A stretch of 62,986 bases of DNA, filler included, from Octopus bimaculoides (lineage: Eukaryota), in the NCBI RefSeq assembly GCF_001194135.2. It is 6 parts of 6 records of this genome, joined end to end, with 100 filler letters (N's around TTAATTAATTAA, not from the genome) between each part and the next. Parts side by side here need not be neighbours in the genome. Positions count along the whole stretch, not along the records: positions 9,305 to 25,812 come from NC_069000.1; positions 25,913 to 55,333 come from NC_068987.1; 4 more parts are not named here. One strand, given 5' to 3'. Below the pieces are notes generated by a model, which saw only the letters and a list, made by a program, of their open reading frames with translations, ran no database searches and was not told the DNA's origin. Of the stretch, positions 23,604-36,459 are shown piece after piece; position 1 is the first letter of the stretch, and the number at the start of each line of letters is the position of its first letter. A program made the position numbers and the translations under genes.

Positions 23604-23840
23604 TTGATCTGTGGATGATTGGGCCATCAATAAAAGGTTCTTTTCGTTGGACTGCTGATTGCAGTTGTTTAACACTCTGAAACGAGTCACCTTCAGCATT
23701 GGTATATCCGTTGATGTTATTATCAACGTCGCTATCTTTATAATCAATAGATTCTTTATTGATATAGCCGTTCTTCGATCCAGTTTCAATGTAATTTTTA
23801 GTGCTTCCGACATTTCTCTTTTTACTGATGGCATTCTTTT
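23604..23840 (-). CDS. Internal coding exon of an unidentified host gene (79 codons, phase 1-1)
   Basis: Minus strand: TAACTAAT branch-like motif, TGCTCCTTTGCAG acceptor, 237-nt stop-free frame (EKNAISKKRNVGST...GPIIHRS), GTAAGA donor; the ORF stops just beyond the donor. Confidence 0.65.
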
Positions 23841-24002
23841 CTGCAAAGGAGCACACAAGTTACTTTGGAATTTATCGGATTAGTTACACTGAAAGAAAAC
23901 ATTTATAAGAAAAGCGAAATGCTAATTTATTATTCTTTTACTTGTTTCAGTGTTTGGACTGTAGCCGTACTAGAGCACTATCTTGAATATATATTTGTAT
24001 CT

Positions 24003-24082
24003 TATGCATATGTATCTTACGCATTTCAACTCAAAGTTAGAGATCATACAAGCTACAGATGCTAGCGAGTATGGGATAGGAG
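24003..24082 (+). pseudogene. Ty3/gypsy RNase H N-terminal remnant
   Basis: YLTHFNSKLEIIQATDASEYGIG matches the L.HF....I...TDAS.YGIG motif. Confidence 0.7.
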
Positions 24083-25159
24083 ATCACCATAATATATATA
24101 TATATATANNNNNNNNNNNNNNNNNNNNNNNNNNNNNNNNNNNNNNNNNNNNNNNNNNNNNNNNNNNNNNNNNNNNNNNNNNNNNNNNNNNNNNNNNNNN
24201 NNNNNNNNNNNNNNNNNNNNNNNNNNNNNNNNNNNNNNNNNNNNNNNNNNNNNNNNNNNNNNNNNNNNNNNNNNNNNNNNNNNNNNNNNNNNNNNNNNNN
24301 NNNNNNNNNNNNNNNNNNNNNNNNNNNNNNNNNNNNNNNNNNNNNNNNNNNNNNNNNNNNNNNNNNNNNNNNNNNNNNNNNNNNNNNNNNNNNNNNNNNN
24401 NNNNNNNNNNNNNNNNNNNNNNNNNNNNNNNNNNNNNNNNNNNNNNNNNNNNNNNNNNNNNNNNNNNNNNNNNNNNNNNNNNNNNNNNNNNNNNNNNNNN
24501 NNNNNNNNNNNNNNNNNNNNNNNNNNNNNNNNNNNNNNNNNNNNNNNNNNNNNNNNNNNNNNNNNNNNNNNNNNNNNNNNNNNNNNNNNNNNNNNNNNNN
24601 NNNNNNNNNNNNNNNNNNNNNNNNNNNNNNNNNNNNNNNNNNNNNNNNNNNNNNNNNNNNNNNNNNNNNNNNNNNNNNNNNNNNNNNNNNNNNNNNNNNN
24701 NNNNNNNNNNNNNNNNNNNNNNNNNNNNNNNNNNNNNNNNNNNNNNNNNNNNNNNNNNNNNNNNNNNNNNNNNNNNNNNNNNNNNNNNNNNNNNNNNNNN
24801 NNNNNNNNNNNNNNNNNNNNNNNNNNNNNNNNNNNNNNNNNNNNNNNNNNNNNNNNNNNNNNNNNNNNNNNNNNNNNNNNNNNNNNNNNNNNNNNNNNNN
24901 NNNNNNNNNNNNNNNNNNNNNNNNNNNNNNNNNNNNNNNNNNNNNNNNNNNNNNNNNNNNNNNNNNNNNNNNNNNNNNNNNNNNNNNNNNNNNNNNNNNN
25001 NNNNNNNNNNNNTATATATATATATATATATTGTGGTGACCTCTGACACACGCACGCACACATGTTTCCAGATGTGAATATATTCAAACTACTCCATCAG
25101 AAGTTTTGAGCTCAGCGTTGCACAGCAATTAATGACAAATTACACATCCACCTCCAATA

Positions 25160-25243
25160 CACGACTGGTACTTATTCCACTGATCCCAAAAGGATAAAAG
25201 GCAAAATCGATCTTGGCGGAATTTGAACTCAGAACGTAGAGAC
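25160..25243 (-). mobile_element. SINE fragment (second family)
   Basis: ACTGGTACTTATT...GGCGGAATTTGAACTCAGAACGTA shared with other copies. Confidence 0.7.
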
Positions 25244-25611
25244 GTAGTTGTAACTCAAAAATTAAGATTTTTTCATCAGGTCCAGAAAAATATTCGGATC
25301 TGATCGAGTTGCTTCTTTTCTTCAAAGCTGGACATGACAGCTGGATAGACACATGGAGCTGATCTAGTATGTCGGTGGTGTCCATTACAACTGAGTAGAC
25401 TTATGTGGTTCACATGTATTGGATGGTATTGCAGCTAAATTCACAAAAACAAATTGAATGGATTATTGGCAGTTTCATTCAAAAAGAGTCAACTTTATCA
25501 CACGTGTGTAAAGTCATATTTATGTCGACAGTCACATAAGTGACGCAAAAGTATAACCTTTAATTGTTAAAGTAATTGTCAAACTGAGTCAGGTTTGAAA
25601 GAAATGAATGA

Positions 25612-25666
25612 ATAAATAAGTAAGTGAATAAATAAGTAAGTGAATAAATAAGTAAGTGAATAAATA
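25612..25666. repeat. 16-bp tandem repeat (AATAAATAAGTAAGTG) x about 3
   Basis: Seen directly. Confidence 0.85.
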
Positions 25667-25812
25667 AAAATTGCAATAAATTTTTTGTAGCTTATAATTT
25701 TCATCCAGTTTGACAAGTCATATGGCAAGACAATTTTAGATATTTAAATCTCAATTAAACGCTTACGTTATATACATACATATACAAACATATATACATT
25801 CATATATATATA

Positions 25813-25912
25813 NNNNNNNNNNNNNNNNNNNNNNNNNNNNNNNNNNNNNNNNNNNNTTAATTAATTAANNNNNNNNNNNNNNNNNNNNNNNNNNNNNNNN
25901 NNNNNNNNNNNN
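25813..25912. other. Assembly gap spacer N44-TTAATTAATTAA-N44
   Basis: Same 100-bp unit. Confidence 0.95.
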
Positions 25913-25963
25913 GTTGGTGCTCCAGTATGGCCGCAGTCTGAAACAGGTAAAAGAATAAAAGAA
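25913..25963 (+). mobile_element. SINE 3' tail fragment
   Basis: GGTGCTCCAGTATGGCCGCAGTC...AAAAGAATAAAAGAA matches the 3' end of the 16742 family. Confidence 0.65.
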
Positions 25964-26013
25964 CACACAGACACGAGCGCGCGCACACACACATACACAC
26001 ACATATATACACA

Positions 26014-27050
26014 CGAGGTGCGTTCAAAATGATAAAAATAACCAATTTTGTACGTGTGACAAATTTTATTCAATTACATTTTAAAATATTCTTCCGCTCC
26101 TTAGGAATTCATACACTTCTAACGGTTCTGCCACTGATGGTAAAACCTTTGGAAAGCCTTCTTTGGAATGATATGGAGATACGCTATTGCTTTTAGCATA
26201 ATTTCCTCTCGTGACAGAAGTTGCTTCCTTTTTTAACGTGGTTTTCAGTCTGAGGAAGATCCAAGGTGCCACATCGGGGGAGTAAGAAACCTGTCGAACA
26301 TGTGGTGCATTGTTCTTGTGTAGTAAAGCTTAGATTACGAAGGCGGAATAAATGTTGAATTGTCGTGGTGAAGTTGTCAGTTCCTTGCCAGCCACATGTC
26401 CTGCCGCTTTCGACGCACTGCAACACGAAGGTGACTTATAACATCCGGCTAATATTCTCTGCTGATTGTTTGACCTTTCGGTGCGTATTTATACGACGGA
26501 AGTCAAAGAAATATTACCTTAATATAGCTGCAAACTTGTCTTGCTATTCTGAGCCTTCCACCTTGTGCAATTTTGGGCTTCCAATGGGAGGATTGGAATT
26601 TTGTTTCCAGTTCGTAGCCATAGACCCTTGTTTCATCACAAGTCTTCATTAAATCTGGGTCATGCTTTACACAGTCCAGCATGTCCTGAGCAATTTCCAT
26701 GCGGAGTTACTTCTGTTGCTCCACAAGCACTTTGGTGAAGAATTTCACCCTCCCTCTCCGCATGCAGAAATCCGCCGTTAAAATAGAATGGACTCATCCT
26801 GTGCTTATTCTCACATCGTGAGCAATTTCTTGTATAGTTATACGATGGCCTTCCATGACTATTCACCGAATCTTTTCAGTCGGTTCCTCATTTCGGCTTG
26901 TGGATGGCCTACCTGAACGTGAGTCATTCTCCACTGAGGTGCGGCCATGTTTGAAGCGGTTGTACCACTCCTTGATCTGCGTTTTTCCCGCATATGAATC
27001 ACATCTAAATAACATCTTTTATGGGGTTGCTTCTTTAAAAACACAAGAAA
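26014..27050 (-). mobile_element. Decayed mariner (Tc1/mariner) transposon
   Basis: Minus-strand fragments EWYNRFKHGRTSVEND.RSGRPST, DETRVYGYE.ETK.QSSHWK and LHHDN; TIR-like CGAGGTGCGTTCAAAA at 26014-26029. Confidence 0.9.
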
Positions 27051-28044
27051 TATGAGAGTGAGAGGCGAAAATTGGCCCCAAGTGTAGCTAGCGAGAGTAT
27101 CAGATGCATTTTTGAGCCTTTTTCAATATCGCATTCCCAAAGGGAGCGATATATTCGCATGAGAATTCATCGTTTCTGTATAGGAAAAGTGAAAAAAACA
27201 TTCAAATATGCTGCAAATAAACAACAGCCTGATTAAATATTCAGTATGCACAATTAAGACAGCATTAACTAGCAACAGATGATTGCTTATAAAAAGTGAC
27301 AGTAGAAAAGTCCGTAAGCGATGATAATCCATGCCACATACTGCAGTAACTGGCCTATCGGCAGTGTTTATACAACAAATATGATTCATAGATAGGTATA
27401 ATAGGTAAATACTATCCCAGTTTTCTATGCTGGATATTATTTGTATTAACATTAGCGCACTTTAGTTTCATGAATCCAATATTAAGAATGTATGATCAAG
27501 GAGTTCTTCAATTGATCTAAATGCTTTTTTATGTCCTTTCTCTGTCTTTCCGCCTCTCTTTCTCTCCCCTTTCTCTCTCTCCCCTATTTCTCTCTCACTC
27601 CTTCTCACTCTCTTTCGCTGACATTTAAAGATGATATCCAATTTGGCGATTATTTTCACTGCGTTCGGTGAACAGATTTTACACCGGTGAATGCTTGAGG
27701 CAATGTAAAGAATGAAGCATGGCTCTCGAAATCCTCAATCCCCTAATTTTATTTTAATGCATGTTTGTCTCATCTTTTTGTATCAATACTGTTCAAGAGG
27801 TAGTATGTATTAATATCTAATTTCAGTATACATATTTATGCATGTTTATATTACTTAATTTTTAAAAATATTTTATAGTATGTTTTTATTCTTCGTTTGT
27901 ATATTAATGTTTACTTACGTCATAAGAATTTATAAACTATTTCAATAGTAGATCATGAAGTGCAGAAAGCTATACAGAATAGCATGTAAGACTCCCTCCA
28001 AATTTTTTAACCCAGTATTTACTTGCTACTTTTTATAGCTTTAC

Positions 28045-28263
28045 AAGGCGTCAATCTAGCAGAACGTTAACATGTCAGGCGACGGGTTTTGCGGCATTTC
28101 GTCCCACATTTATCCTTGAGTTCAAGCTTCGTAGAGGACGACTTTTCCTTTTATCCTTGAGGAGTTGATAAAATAAGTACCAGTTGAACAGTGAGGTTCA
28201 AGGAAATCGACTTACACCTTCCCTAAAATTGCTGGCCTTGTGCCAAAATTTGAAACCATTATT
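28045..28263 (+). mobile_element. tRNA-related SINE (second family)
   Basis: GCGGCATTTCGTC...GATAAAATAAGTACCAGTT...TGCTGGCCTTGTGCCAAAATTTGAAA. Confidence 0.8.
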
Positions 28264-28955
28264 CATAGTTTTATTTGCTTCATCATCAACTATTCCAGAA
28301 AGAAGGAAAATATATAATTGTTTTATGCATTTGCCATAACGTGTTTCTTGCTTTTTATGTTAGTATAGAATCTATAGAAACTAATTTAGTATTTATTGTT
28401 ATTTCATGTTTATTTGGTGTTGTACATTGTATTTAAGGCTAATACGATTGTATTTTGTGGTCCAGATACAAGCATTTTGGTTAGTATATTACAAAGAAAG
28501 TTGAACACTATTTTCTAAGTTTGTTTGACAGTATCGGAAATTAGTATTTAATTATTTATATAGGTTTATATAAGTTAATCTATCGATAATTATTTCTTTG
28601 TAATTATTTCGTTTTATACATTATTACATAAGGTTTATGAATTTTTTTATGTCTTGTTTCTTAAGTATAGTTTATTAGATCTAATTTAAAATACCTCTAT
28701 ATATTAGTCTCTAGATTATATAACTAATAGTGATGATTATACAGGCTGTTCATAAATTACAGTTACAATTTGAAAAATTCAGAAAAAAGGAAAAATGAAG
28801 ATAACTCAGTAGAATTTATTGGAAAACAGGCAAACTAATAATGTTTTACTAGAAAGAGTAGGACATTTTCACGTGGATTTCATCGGCTTCACATAACACA
28901 TATGGATGTGCATGTGTGAGTGTGTATGCGCGCGCGTGTAATGAATGCATAAATA

Positions 28956-29025
<70 letters not shown>
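28956..29025. repeat. (CTA)n-(CA)n compound microsatellite
   Basis: Seen directly. Confidence 0.95.
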
Positions 29026-29033
<8 letters not shown>

Positions 29034-31194
29034 TTATATATATGCATGTTATGTAAATATAGGCATATATGTTTGTTTGCATGTACTCATATTCACTGAG
29101 CCCACTACCCGACTGTTCTCGGCACCTTACCTGGGCTCTAACAAATCCTATAATTGAATAAATTTAAATAAATGATGCTGTGTGTGCATGTGTGTGTGCC
29201 TTTTTTAGTCAGCGTTTTACATGGAACATGTAAACTGGTAATGTGTAGTCCGTTTACAAGCATTTTGTTTATATATTTTCAAACAATGTTCTATTCTTCT
29301 AAGGCTGTTTGATTCTTCGGGAGGTAGTGATCCAACCTTAAGACATTGAAATCACATTGATATCCGATTGGAAGTCAACGAGGGAAGATCTCCAATTATG
29401 GTGAATATGTCTTTGTTTTCCCGATAATATCTCTGCTCGTTGTTCCGGTCCTTTGTTTTTGTTCGCAGATATGAACTGCTAGCAAGCATCTAGCTATAGA
29501 GCACAGTAAGTTGCAAATATCGCATATTTTATTTATATGGTATATTTCATCTCCTTTCTTTTCATTTGTTTAATTCGCTTAGAAATCATTTCATATTACC
29601 GATACCTACAGAGTCATTGTGTATTCTTGTCAGACGCAAATTTCGCTTAGATGAACTGAAATTATTCTACCTTAAATAATTCTCATTTGTCTCCTATATA
29701 ATATCTTTTATGTTTCAAAGTATATTTAACTTGCTAGATGCTTCATCTGGAAATAGGGAAGCAGCTTCTAGCATGATCAGAATTTCTCGTTGACTCCAGA
29801 AGCTTTGCTATATTCTGCATTAAAATTCTTGAAAATGGTTAGTTAACTTTGAAATACAAAAACACACTTTTTATTTAAATGCTTAAATAAAGTGTTTCGC
29901 TTTGCAGCAGTTACCTTAGCTCCACGACTCTGGATTGAAATAATGTTTAAGTGCTAGTTTGGTGAAACATTTCAATGTTTTTCACTATGTTGCCATATTA
30001 GATTCGATATCATATTTTTTCTAACTCTATTTTCATGTTTATGTATACCGTTCTTATGTGTCTAGGTTCTCTCTAAATATGATATATGATGATGTATCGT
30101 AATGAAGGGAGATTAGTTTGAATATTCTCTGTCCCCTGTTCGATTTTGAATAGTTATAATACCTACATTTAGGTATAGCAAGTGCATTTAATGGTTGTGT
30201 AGTGATTGATTATTTTGTATTCCACACAGTGCTGTTAGCTGTAAACTTCTCTTGTTCGATGACTTGGAAATTAATCATGCTTGGTTTTGAATATTTTCAT
30301 AAAAGTCTTATTTTAGTGAGGTTGTCGTCTACAGTGTGTATATATATGTGTGTGTGTGCATGTGTGTGTGTGTGTGTGGGTGTGTGTGTGTGTGCGTCCG
30401 TGTGTGTGCGTGGGCGTGCGTGCGTGTGTGTGCGCGTGCAGCAACAGTACCGTACAAGATATATAAGCTGTTCTCCATATTGAGATTAGTAGTTACTGTG
30501 GCTGAAATATTTTTAGATCCCAGAATGAAAGCCAGTCATTGTGGTGCAGCCTTTACTATGTGGAGGATTTCCGATGGCCTGAAAAGATCCTTAGTTTGTT
30601 ATCATTTGGACTGATCTGAAAGTCAAGAGGAAAATACAATAGTCATATGTAGTATATTTATTGTCAAATCTGATAATCTTGAGCATATTGTAATATAGGA
30701 AGAATTCAGCAGCATGGTAACAGGAGTGGTGGTCTTTTGTGTAGTTGTGTTTCTCTTCACATGTGTATAAAGGAATGGTTAGTAGAAGGTTGTATGATTG
30801 GCAGTTTGAAGTATGCGTGTGCGTGTGCGTGTATGTAGTTTATAGGATGATTATTGTATCCTACTTTCTTTCAGCACTGTCAGTTTTTTGTCAAAAATTA
30901 AAGTGTCGAACTTATGTATCCCAGGCAGTGTCATTGAAAGGAGCACTGTTATGATGCATACGTTTTTATGCACTCAAAAGTTACTGTGAATTGTGTCATC
31001 CCAATAAGATAGATTGTCTGACCAGGAAGGTAGTTTCCAACAGCTTTTAATTACAGATTGATGAACTGTCTCAATTAACTGAATTTTCAATAACGGTGTT
31101 ATATGAATCTGGAATTTACATAAATAGGCTCAGTTTAAATATTAGAAATATTGAATGTTGCGTAATTAAATGTTTTTTTGCAATACGCATTGTG

Positions 31195-31458
31195 ATAGTC
31201 TCTGGTGTCAAGGAAGACGGTTCATAAATTTCTTGCAGAAACAAACTTGCAGAAAGGATTCGTTAATAGCAATCAAATATTTGTGATGTGCGTTAGCTCA
31301 ATCTCTCCATCCATCAAATCGATGAACAGGTGTACAGTGCACCACACATCAGGTGATGAAGTGATCACAGAGCAACTTGAGAGGAAGTATTTTGCTTAAG
31401 AACGTAACATACGGAAACCAGAATCTCGCGATCGTGAGTACAACCCTAGCCGCTGGGC
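31195..31458 (-). mobile_element. tRNA-derived SINE (further family, diverged)
   Basis: Minus-strand head GCCCAGCGGCTAGG (A-box-like)...GGTTTC, followed by a TTAAGCAAAATACTT...GTTGCTCTGTGATCACTT core similar to the 7597 and 53334 copies. Confidence 0.55.
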
Positions 31459-31982
31459 AAAGCACTCTCACTGTAACACATATATACACACACATACAGA
31501 CATATATAACGCGTTTTGTTTTAAGTAATATCGTGTGCAGTCCATTAAAACTTATTAAATAAAATGTTTTCTCTTTTAAATGACTCATACATTTAGTCAA
31601 TAATTTACGCACGGACTATAATGGAAATTTACACTGATGATACTATATTACTTTTTATAAGTCACAATTCATATGTTATAGAATATTATTTAACATCGTT
31701 GTTTTAAAGTCATGATGTATGATTGTAGTTATCGGTTGATGTATTCAGTTCCGAGTCAATATTTATCATATTGATTTATAATTCTAACATTTTCTGATAT
31801 TGATTTCTAATAATTTCACTTATGAATATGAATCATATAACCTATACTTCCCTTACAATCTATTTTCTCCTTGTTATCCACGTAACTCTCAATTTCATTA
31901 CACAATCAATCAGACCATGTATTGTAAAGATTACTGCGATTACACAATTCTATCCTCCGAGTGCGTTACTCTTGATATTTGG

Positions 31983-32013
<31 letters not shown>

Positions 32014-32661
32014 NNNNNNNNNNNNNNNNNNNNNNNNNNNNNNNNNNNNNNNNNNNNNNNNNNNNNNNNNNNNNNNNNNNNNNNNNNNNNNNNNNNNNNN
32101 NNNNNNNNNNNNNNNNNNNNNNNNNNNNNNNNNNNNNNNNNNNNNNNNNNNNNNNNNNNNNNNNNNNNNNNNNNNNNNNNNNNNNNNNNNNNNNNNNNNN
32201 NNNNNNNNNNNNNNNNNNNNNNNNNNNNNNNNNNNNNNNNNNNNNNNNNNNNNNNNNNNNNNNNNNNNNNNNNNNNNNNNNNNNNNNNNNNNNNNNNNNN
32301 NNNNNNNNNNNNNNNNNNNNNNNNNNNNNNNNNNNNNNNNNNNNNNNNNNNNNNNNNNNNNNNNNNNNNNNNNNNNNNNNNNNNNNNNNNNNNNNNNNNN
32401 NNNNNNNNNNNNNNNNNNNNNNNNNNNNNNNNNNNNNNNNNNNNNNNNNNNNNNNNNNNNNNNNNNNNNNNNNNNNNNNNNNNNNNNNNNNNNNNNNNNN
32501 NNNNNNNNNNNNNNNNNNNNNNNNNNNNNNNNNNNNNNNNNNNNNNNNNNNNNNNNNNNNNNNNNNNNNNNNNNNNNNNNNNNNNNNNNNNNNNNNNNNN
32601 NNNNNNNNNNNNNNNNNNNNNNNNNNNNNNNNNNNNNNNNATATATATATATATATATATA

Positions 32662-32970
32662 GTAAATCCCCAAATTCCCAAAAGGAACAAAGAACAAACA
32701 CAAGAAAAAACAACAATGCGAGGACGTGGTACATGCAAAGTATTAGCAGACGCTCAGGGAAGGAAAGAAAAGTGCTTTTACGTTCCGAGTAAACCTCTTC
32801 TTCAGAAACAGGAGATAGAAGTAAGTCCAAGAGAAAAGGAAGGCGAAGGAAAAAAATTGCCAGTGTTTCAGATGTGGTTACATTTGGAAATGACCGGAAG
32901 GGAATGGGTGAAGAAAAAGTTCCTTGTAAGACAGGAGAGTGTTAAAGAAAAAGGTATGTGTGTGTGTTGA
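32662..32970 (-). mobile_element. Purine-rich interspersed repeat carrying a minimal hammerhead-like motif (PLE pseudo-LTR-like)
   Basis: Minus strand 32810-32774 reads TGTTT-CTGAAGA-A-GAG(GTTTA)CTC-GGAA-CG-TA-AAAG. Confidence 0.5.
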
Positions 32971-33104
32971 TGTGAATTATATTTCGTTGTAAAACTTTTA
33001 CTCCAGTTTTTGTTAGTTAAAGCAATTTTTAATTATCAGTGACCGCAGTAGACCGCAATTTATCTCCGGTGTCAAATATTGGTTAAAATACAGTAAGTTT
33101 AGGA

Positions 33105-33249
33105 GACGAGGATAAATCCATTATATCGAGCCCAATCTCTAACTGGTACTTATTTTATTGACCACGTAAAAAATGAAAAACAAGTTGAATTTGGTAGAAA
33201 ACTCGGAACGTAATGTCTTGACAAAACGCCCGACGAGCTAACAATTCTG
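33105..33249 (-). mobile_element. SINE (second family, diverged)
   Basis: ACTGGTACTTATTTTATTGACC...GAGCTAACAATTCTG. Confidence 0.65.
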
Positions 33250-33994
33250 TAAAATAACCTATAATTTGCTGTAATTATAGTTCATTAGCCTTAATTCTGT
33301 ATTATTTCCTACTGGTAAAAAACATTTAACATTCTTTCACTCGAAATCATTTCTTTCAATCGTTTTGCATGTTTAAAAATCTACGACGTTTCTCGTGACA
33401 ACTAAAACTATTTACATCAAAAAACATTCAAAAAATATTTTGAATTTTGTAGTGATGAAAAATCATGAGGTTTTCCTTAGGCTCGTATTACTGAAGGTAC
33501 TGCTGGTTAGAATTTCAGTTCATGCAATAAAACCCTTCATTTTCCGGGACTCGATATACTATTATTTTTTCTGGAGAAATTGTCTCATTCTAGCTGATTT
33601 AATAAACATGAATAAAATATTCAGTGAGGGTATCAAGAATAAAATTTGATCTTAAAAATTGCAGTTTTCTATCTCTTGAGGTTTTTAAATGCAATTCGAA
33701 ACATTTTCAAACTACTCTACCTTAGCTGTAGGAATAAGTGTTGTAAGTGCCAGAAAGAGTTTTGAAATCGTTACTGTAGATCAGCTTAACTGAATTGTGT
33801 AAAAATCAAATTGAAGTAAATTGATGTGCTCGTATACATCTGACGACCACATGGACTTGTTGACTCAGGATATATATCTAATTGCTTTTTCATAAATTCA
33901 GAGTCTTATACACAAACATAAAAGAATTTTTATTTTATTCACATTTAAGATATCCCTTTTTTATCGCTGTCTACAAACATAAATTGATATTTTG

Positions 33995-34038
<44 letters not shown>

Positions 34039-35368
34039 TGAAAAGATTGAGAATGAAATAAATTTTGTCGCTTAAGTATCAAACATTTTTTCTAAAGTTG
34101 TGCTTGCAACACTGCACACTTTTCTAATATATGAGAGTTGAATCGATGTAGGTTGGTAGACTCTGTGCTGTAAGCAGTAGCTCAACTCCATCTTACACAT
34201 TAACACTATAAAGATAAATACAGCGAAGACGTACGATGTGCGAAACGTATTTGCGGATATATTTGATAATTTAATAAACAACTCTAATTTTGCAAAAGCA
34301 AATCTAAATTAATAAATAAATAAAACAAATTCTGCACATATTCTTGATAAGCTTTCTCGTGAGATTATTTTATGAATCCACTTTCAACTTCGTAGACTGC
34401 TTCAGTGCAAGAACGGAAGTTTTGACATACCTGCACTAAATGTCTCTTATTAATTTTGGACATTACTTGGACAATGCCAACCTTTTGTGAAACCATGGAG
34501 TTGTGAGGATATCGATTAATCTTCTTTTCATATCATCAACTATGTCTACCACTACTAAAATTGTTTGTAGTACTAATCTAAACTACATTTCTGCATACTG
34601 TCCATATCTACCACTTACAACACTCCCATCTTTATTCCGAGTCACTCGTACTTTGATTTCTTCAAAGAGATGCTACACAAAACATATTGCTTAACCCTCC
34701 TTTTTCAGCTGTAAAATACAACCAAAGATTTTAAGCAATTATCAAAATACACAAGATAATATTTGATTTGAGCATAATCAATCCAACCAATCTTCGAAAA
34801 ATAATGACGTTCCTTCTAAATAACCAATGAAGCTATCTTAGCAGTGTTAGAAATACCACCGGGTAAAAGGATAAAAACCTGTTCTGATACTTGTTTAAAA
34901 TCATTGGCCGCAGACTATGGCTATTTAGCAGCAGTATTAATGAGAAAAACTTAGGTACCGTTTATATGTGTTCAATTACAGGAAATATTAGTTCCATATC
35001 GTCTAAATTACTCTAAACAAGACGAATATGTATATTGGCTTAATATGTAATGTTGGACAAACTAATACTTTTGCTAATAGCCATATTCTACATGTGGAAA
35101 CTATAATATCAGCAAGATGAAAAAGTGAATATTGATCTATGTTAAGGTAACAGACACATTATCATTAAGACTTACATTTCCCTTATTTATTGTCTGTTGC
35201 TTATCAGCTACCAATTGGACTGAGGAGAGATTATTTCTGTTGATCAGAATGCAGCAAAATTATGACAGAACACAACTTAGTCTTTCACTCGTACTCAAGC
35301 ATATACACACATATATTAATGTAGTGTGGAATATATACATACGCACAATAGATATATGCAAGTATACA

Positions 35369-35404
<36 letters not shown>

Positions 35405-36371
35405 CATATTACACGTGTATAAGGGATGACCACTAGGTGGACATTCAATATGCTAGAAAGAGGTCATCAACGACCCAACCACAAAGAAAAATAATGTGCT
35501 CCAGAAAAATTCCGCAAAACACCAGAACAGGACAAAATGAGAAATATACAGAATAAAGAATTATGTATTGCAGTTTCGAACATTAACGTTTTACTTACGT
35601 AACAACATCCGTATTCTCATCAGCATAGACGTTCTAGAATCAATATAATATGCAGAACTATACACGAATTGTCTTCATGGAAGAAGACTTGCATATAGTT
35701 CTACCGATTACATTGGGGCTATTTTTCAAAATGCCACAGCTGCAGCGCACAAGATTCCGGAAACAATTCTGCAGAGAATAATTCACTGCAGTATATGTTG
35801 CCGGCTGGAGAACATAACTATTGTTGGATACTGTACGAGGAATAAAGTGCACTTAGAAATTTGTTGACATTATAATTTAATGTTTTTTCCAATATTTTTG
35901 ATTAAATTAAATTCTCCTTTAAAAAATATACATGGACGATTCATTGTAGCTTGTTTTTTCTTCTGTTTCATAATCGCTTTATCTATTTATAGAACTCATG
36001 TACATAGAAATTTTAGAATTTCACTCGTACATCTATATACGTTAAGCGGTTTTAGTTTTCTGGAAAACATTTACACAAATAATATATGGCACATATTTAG
36101 AACATTTTATAAAAGGCAGCATAAAGATAACGCATGTAGATACTTTCTAATTTTTTCCCAGGGAAACGTGATTTTAAATTAACGAAATTTGGTTGAATAA
36201 AATTTGCATGACTTAGCCATTAAAATGAATGACTTGTGCTGGAAGAATTACGCTAAAGTTATCAGCGTAAAGAATCGGTATGCTGATTAATTAGTATAAC
36301 GAATCAACGTGTTTTATAAGATTTCAAAGAAAGAATTTAAAGATACCAAGTTTATTTCAACATTTGACAAG

Positions 36372-36459
<88 letters not shown>

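Noticed and set aside
25255-25280. CTGATGA-AAAAA...TTTTT-GAGT on the minus strand
   Set aside because: Lacks GAAA and a G-C closing pair; chance match in AT-rich DNA
34072-34281. ORF with a hydrophobic stretch (YVFAVFIFIVLM) and a phase-1 donor
   Set aside because: No convincing acceptor or start and no recognisable family; such stretches are common in AT-rich DNA
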